DNA of 12,024 nucleotides from the IMG/VR virus record IMGVR_UViG_2574180358_000007; one strand, given 5' to 3'. This document shows positions 7,802-12,024 of the stretch, piece by piece. The DNA comes from a virus. Its lineage: Duplodnaviria > Heunggongvirae > Uroviricota > Caudoviricetes. Positions within the stretch are counted from its first letter, which is position 1. Every line of letters starts with the position of its first letter. The notes under the pieces are model-generated. The model was given only the letters and a program-made list of their open reading frames with translations. It was not told where the DNA came from and made no database searches. The translations under genes were made by a program, and so were the position numbers.

Positions 7802-8437
7802 TTTATCTTTAGGGCTGAGCAAACATGAACGGAAAGCATTCCGTTCTTCAGTACTGGATTTGATAAACGTGAAGTCCTTATCTGCATCTAATAGCTTAAA
7901 CGCCACCTCGTTAGTATCACATTTACCCACCAGAACCTTCTCACCCACGTTGTTAACAAGATGGTATCCTGGTATTTCTCTAACGATATATTTACCTGAA
8001 GAAACCCAAGCACTTATTTGAGCAACTGACGAGGTACATAACATTGTGAAGAGTGCAATAAGAACAACGTTGCTACCAGAAAGACTCCGAAAAGATTTAT
8101 GCCCATCCATTAACAGCTGCCACGTTAACAGTATGGGATAAAATGCAATAAAACAAATAGCGAAAACAATTGGTTTTCCGCCACTCATGTAAAAACCGAT
8201 CGGATTAACCAATCCAACAAACGAAAAATACAACACCGCCGCAACAACCGTAGTTAAAACAAAAGAGAGCCAGTACCTACTTAACTTATAAACCCTAAAT
8301 GAAGTAGCTATCGCTATAAAAATAGGCACTGAAGCCAAACCAGTAAATGAAAGAGTTTTTAGCAGCGAGCTAACATCTATCAATATAAAGTCAGCAGGAT
8401 AACTAAAAAAAATAAGCGAAAGACCATTGATAAACAT
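7793..8437 (-). CDS. Predicted integral membrane protein (about 5 TM helices) with a small soluble C-terminal domain; function unknown
   Basis: 214-aa ORF with ATG at 8437..8435 and no clear SD. Hydrophobic stretches LSLIFFSYPADFILIDV, GLASVPIFIAIATSF, WLSFVLTTVVAAVLYFSFVGLV, IVFAICFIAFYPILLTW, VVLIALFTMLCTSSV are followed by a polar approx. 65-aa tail. Visibly A/T-rich, antisense to the flanking replication genes, and overlapping the VRR-NUC 3' end by 9 bp. Confidence 0.6.
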   Translation of the reverse strand: MFINGLSLIFFSYPADFILIDVSSLLKTLSFTGLASVPIFIAIATSFRVYKLSRYWLSFVLTTVVAAVLYFSFVGLVNPIGFYMSGGKPIVFAICFIAFYPILLTWQLLMDGHKSFRSLSGSNVVLIALFTMLCTSSVAQISAWVSSGKYIVREIPGYHLVNNVGEKVLVGKCDTNEVAFKLLDADKDFTFIKSSTEERNAFRSCLLSPKDKSK

Positions 8438-8560
8438 ACACCAATAAATATGTAAAAATAGAGATCGCAGTTATTAGCGGAATTTTTTGGTCCCATAAAG
8501 ACTCCGAACGTTCAATTGTGGTCATATTCATATCATCATTATTTACATTGAGTGGCGTTT

Positions 8561-9958
8561 ATGAGTATAAACTTATTCTCACCCCATCCATATCAAAACC
8601 TCATCATAAACCACGAAATTGACACTCTGCGCTGCAACATCTGGGCGGGTATGGGAATGGGTAAAACCGTGGCGACGCTCACCACGCTGGAAGATCTTTT
8701 TATGGCGGGAGCGGAGACACAGCCCGCGCTGGTGTTGGCACCGCTGCGCGTAGCCGCCAGCACATGGCCGGATGAAGCGGTTAAATGGGGGCATTTGCGC
8801 AATATCGAGGTGCAGCCGATTATCGGTAATGCCAAAGCACGCGCGGCGGCATTGGCGAACAGCAACGCCAGCGTGTTTACAATCAACTACGACAATCTGG
8901 TCTGGCTGGTGGAAGAGCTGGGCGACAGCTGGCCGTTCGGTACCGTCATTCCGGATGAAAGCACCCGGCTAAAATCCTTCCGGCTGCGAGGTGGTGGTAA
9001 GCGCGCGGCGGCGCTGGGCAAAGTGGCGCATAAGTATGTCCGGCGCTGGATAAATCTCACCGGGACGCCAGCACCGAACGGCCTGGTAGATTTGTGGGGA
9101 CAAGCGTGGTTTGTGGACCAGGGGCAACGTCTCGGACGCACTTACGGCGCGTTTACCTCACGCTGGTTCAACTCGATACAGTTTCCAGGGCAGAGCTGGA
9201 CCAAACTGGAGCCGTTTGCTCACTCACAGGCTGAAATACAGCGAGCATTAGCCGATGTGACCCTCTCGCTGGATGCGGCCGACTGGTTCGATATCAAAGA
9301 CCCCATCCATAACGTAATCCGCGTGGATATGCCGCCGAAGGCCCGTCAGCAGTATCGTGAAATGGAAAAGGAAATGTTCCTCGAGCTGAATGGCGAAGGC
9401 ATCGAAGCACCGAACGCCGCGGCAAAGACACTGAAGTGTCTTCAAATCGCCAGTGGCGCAGTATACACAGACGACACCGGAAGTTGGTCAGAACTGCATG
9501 ACACCAAACTACAGGCGCTGGACAGCATACTGACCGAAGCAGCTGGCGCACCTGTGCTGGTTGCTTATCACTGGAAACACGATCTTGAACGCTTGCTTAA
9601 AGCATTCCCTCGCGGTCGTCACCTCGACCAGGATCCACAGACACTGCGCGACTGGAATTCCGGAAAGATTCCTGTTCTCTTTGCACACCCAGCCAGCGCG
9701 GGCCACGGCCTGAACATGCAGGACGGCGGGAATATACTGGTATTTTTCTCACACTGGTGGGACCTGGAGCAATATCAGCAAATTATTGAACGTATCGGCC
9801 CCACCAGGCAGATACAGGCCGGACACAATCGTCCGGTATTTATTCACCACATTATTGCTGCCGACACTATGGACGAAATGGTGATGGAGCGGCGCAACTC
9901 AAAACGAACAGTGCAGGACATCCTGCTCGATGCCATGAAAAAGAGAGGTATAGCATGA
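8561..9958 (+). CDS. SNF2-family (DEAD-like) helicase of the phage replication module
   Basis: Walker A GMGKT, motif II IPDEST, SNF2 motif III LTGTPAPNGLVDLW, and C-terminal helicase motifs HPASAGHGLNMQ and QQIIERIGPTRQ. ATG 8561 is preferred over the track GTG 8552; only a weak SD is present. Confidence 0.85.
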   Translation: MSINLFSPHPYQNLIINHEIDTLRCNIWAGMGMGKTVATLTTLEDLFMAGAETQPALVLAPLRVAASTWPDEAVKWGHLRNIEVQPIIGNAKARAAALANSNASVFTINYDNLVWLVEELGDSWPFGTVIPDESTRLKSFRLRGGGKRAAALGKVAHKYVRRWINLTGTPAPNGLVDLWGQAWFVDQGQRLGRTYGAFTSRWFNSIQFPGQSWTKLEPFAHSQAEIQRALADVTLSLDAADWFDIKDPIHNVIRVDMPPKARQQYREMEKEMFLELNGEGIEAPNAAAKTLKCLQIASGAVYTDDTGSWSELHDTKLQALDSILTEAAGAPVLVAYHWKHDLERLLKAFPRGRHLDQDPQTLRDWNSGKIPVLFAHPASAGHGLNMQDGGNILVFFSHWWDLEQYQQIIERIGPTRQIQAGHNRPVFIHHIIAADTMDEMVMERRNSKRTVQDILLDAMKKRGIA

Positions 9959-10155
9959 GCGAGAAACCCGACGATTTACTCACCCCGGATGAAGTATGCC
10001 AAAAGTTAGGTATTACACAGAAAACGCTATGTGAGTGGAATATTAAGCATCGTCATCGGGCTATCCTGGCACCAATTCGTTTCAGTGCAAAAGTAGTTCG
10101 TTATGAGCGCCGCAATGTCGACGCTTTTATTCAAAAGTGTCGCAGCCGGTATTAA
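9955..10155 (+). CDS. AlpA/Xis-family helix-turn-helix protein (putative excisionase or transcriptional regulator)
   Basis: 66 aa, LLTPDEVCQKLGITQKTLCEW...VVRYERRNVDAFI, matching the AlpA-type pattern (HTH followed by a conserved VRY/W segment). The start ATG overlaps the helicase stop (ATGA), with AGAGAGG upstream. Confidence 0.65.
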   Translation: MSEKPDDLLTPDEVCQKLGITQKTLCEWNIKHRHRAILAPIRFSAKVVRYERRNVDAFIQKCRSRY

Positions 10156-11549
10156 CCTCGCCGCCGTAGCAATGCCACCTGCGCAAGTATGCTCCGCTCG
10201 TGAGCCTCGAAAGCTTCGCGCTTTAACGCAATCTCTTCCTGCAAAATCTCATCAGAAAAGTCGTAATGTTCTGCCATCGGGTCATCTGACTTGCTGGAGT
10301 GGTGAAGGCAAAGGAGGCTGATTTCCCTTCGGTCTGATCGGGAATAGCCTCTTTCCTTCATCAAGGCAATAACATTGCTCTTAAGGAATTTACGGCACAT
10401 CGTATTAAATGCACCGTCTTTCCCTTTAACAGTCCCATCATGTTTTATTCCTTTTACAGCCCCATCCGGGCTGTATGTTTTCACTAGCTTATCCAGTGAT
10501 CGTTTTGAAAATGGCTGCATTGGATCACGCGGCTGCAAAAATACATAATCCCTGTTGCACTCAGGAACTGAATCACGCCATGCTTTCTGCTCGTCGATAA
10601 TCCGCCGGATCTCCGGCGTTATTGGCAGGCGGAAAGCCTTTTGTGTTTTCATAGCCCCTCGCATGCCGATAACCCCTTCAGGATAAACAATTTCGCCAGT
10701 CTCCTCGTGAACGTAGTCCCAGCGCAGGTTATGGACATTAATCGGACGAACGCCGGTGATGATCATGAAGCGAACAGCATTCTTCTGGTGTACAGAGGTG
10801 CAGGCGGCAACATTGAGCCAGAGCCGGGCGATTGACTCAATATCGGTAAAAAGCCGTGTGGGGGTGGGTTTCTGTACGCGGGAGGAAACATAATCATCTG
10901 GCAGACTGGCAGCAACATTGCGACCGTTACAAAGAGTAGGTGCGCAGAACTTCCAGAACCGACGGAGCTCGGCAAACAACTCCAGGGCGTTATTGTTCGA
11001 GCGAGTGGCGATCCACTCGTCCAGCACTTCCACTAGCCGATTGTATGTTACGTCGCCGAACACCTCGCGCTCGCCGAACGTGGCTTTAATCCGGTCGATA
11101 CGCACCCCGTAGGTTGTGAAACTGTCCGGGCTCAGCTTCTGCCGGGCTACTTTAGCTTTGAGGTCATCCCGGTACATTTCCAGCGCTGCATGTACGGACT
11201 CTGCCCGCAGTCCACCGTCAGCCATACCTAGTGCTTTTTCGCGCGCCAGCTGGATAGCGAGCTCCGGCCACTCGCCAAGCTTTTTACCTTTGAGGCCCAT
11301 CTTTTTTGGAAACTCGGCGTAAAATGTAACCTTACCGGCTTTGCTGAAATCGATACGGAGATAGTTCTCTTTTTCGTATTTGGAACGGCGAGCCACGCCG
11401 GAAGCGGCGAGGATGATTTTGGCAGCAGCAACACAGATTTTCATGTGTGCGCTGATATAGGGGGGTTTACAGGCGTCCCATTTTTCAGATGCGGCTAAAA
11501 CATCGTCATTATTGGGGCTATCCGGATTATGTGTTACAGTGCGCGGCAT
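10152..11549 (-). CDS. int: Tyrosine-type site-specific integrase (P4-like family)
   Basis: An N-terminal arm-binding-like segment (YLRIDFSKAGKVTFYAEF) precedes the catalytic domain (MIITGVRPINVHNLRWDYV ... LLCLHHSSKSDDPMAEHYD, with a C-terminal Tyr candidate). ATG at 11549..11547 has AAGGA 6 nt upstream. The track start is TTG at 11555, and an alternative ATG lies at 11444. Confidence 0.85.
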   Translation of the reverse strand: MPRTVTHNPDSPNNDDVLAASEKWDACKPPYISAHMKICVAAAKIILAASGVARRSKYEKENYLRIDFSKAGKVTFYAEFPKKMGLKGKKLGEWPELAIQLAREKALGMADGGLRAESVHAALEMYRDDLKAKVARQKLSPDSFTTYGVRIDRIKATFGEREVFGDVTYNRLVEVLDEWIATRSNNNALELFAELRRFWKFCAPTLCNGRNVAASLPDDYVSSRVQKPTPTRLFTDIESIARLWLNVAACTSVHQKNAVRFMIITGVRPINVHNLRWDYVHEETGEIVYPEGVIGMRGAMKTQKAFRLPITPEIRRIIDEQKAWRDSVPECNRDYVFLQPRDPMQPFSKRSLDKLVKTYSPDGAVKGIKHDGTVKGKDGAFNTMCRKFLKSNVIALMKERGYSRSDRREISLLCLHHSSKSDDPMAEHYDFSDEILQEEIALKREAFEAHERSILAQVALLRRRG

Positions 11550-11754
11550 TCTCAATCCTTATCTGCGTAGGCGCAGAAAACAAGCTCACACATATAAGTC
11601 TTTTCTACGGGACAAAATGCAATGTGTTGCGGTTTTGTGTTGCTGGACTGAGTTTATCAAGGTTAAATACACTGGATCAACATACAGTAAGTTAATGACG
11701 GTAAAGCATACAAACTCGATACAACTTACTGATTTTAAAATGATTTAACGGTAA

Positions 11755-12024
<270 letters not shown>

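Larger units (their letters stand above)
1..11700. mobile_element. Degraded integrative element / cryptic prophage remnant (integrase, AlpA, phage replication module, orphan tfa, A/T-rich cargo genes); left boundary lies outside the window
   Basis: Phage-type genes run contiguously from the integrase leftwards to tfa, with a truncated DUF2800 remnant abutting tfa and no structural genes between them. The host gene yfhL follows immediately to the right of the integrase. Confidence 0.6.

Noticed and set aside
7826-7846. Inverted repeat GAACGG-aaagcatt-CCGTTC just downstream of VRR-NUC
   Set aside because: It lies inside the membrane-protein coding region and has no flanking T-tract on either strand, so it is probably incidental and not a terminator.
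7438-8021. ORFs 7438..7887 (-) and 7608..8021 (+) overlapping VRR-NUC and the membrane-protein gene
   Set aside because: They are antisense or out-of-frame shadows of the VRR-NUC and membrane-protein genes and show no start-site signals.
6437-8437. Complete CBASS, Pycsar or Thoeris operon around the TIR-like gene
   Set aside because: No nucleotidyltransferase or cyclase and no ThsA-like (SIR2/SLOG) gene is present in the window, and the neighbours are phage replication genes, so only a standalone TIR-like protein can be claimed.
8579-9706. Several short minus-strand ORFs inside the SNF2 helicase gene
   Set aside because: They are nested antisense ORFs with no motifs, consistent with GC-rich coding sequence read in the wrong frame.
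10103-10321. 72-aa + strand ORF overlapping the integrase 3' end
   Set aside because: It is antisense to the integrase catalytic region, has no RBS, and its start falls inside the AlpA-like gene.
11489-11748. Two about 70-aa + strand ORFs in the integrase-yfhL gap
   Set aside because: They overlap the integrase start and promoter region, have no SD, and their translations are low-complexity. The region more likely holds regulatory or att sequence.

Overview
This window reads as enterobacterial (E. coli-like) chromosome carrying a degraded integrative element, most likely a cryptic prophage remnant, whose right end abuts the host ferredoxin gene yfhL (11764..12024). From right to left the element has a P4-like tyrosine integrase (10152..11549, -) convergent with an AlpA/Xis-like gene, then a conserved phage replication module on the + strand: a truncated DUF2800-like remnant, a DUF2815 gene, a family A DNA polymerase, a VRR-NUC nuclease and an SNF2-type helicase. 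At the left end sit an orphan tail-fibre assembly gene (tfa) and a very AT-rich GT9-like glycosyltransferase. Several A/T-rich genes interrupt the GC-richer backbone. The most interesting is a standalone TIR-like domain protein (6490..7251) with its own Shine-Dalgarno and a textbook intrinsic terminator, a candidate anti-phage effector with no cyclase or ThsA partner in the window. The others are a 5-TM membrane protein antisense between VRR-NUC and the helicase, and a convergent pair of unknown genes between DUF2815 and the polymerase. No rRNA, tRNA or CRISPR array was seen. All protein-family calls come from reading motifs in the supplied translations and from memory of those families; no database search was run, and composition statements are by eye.
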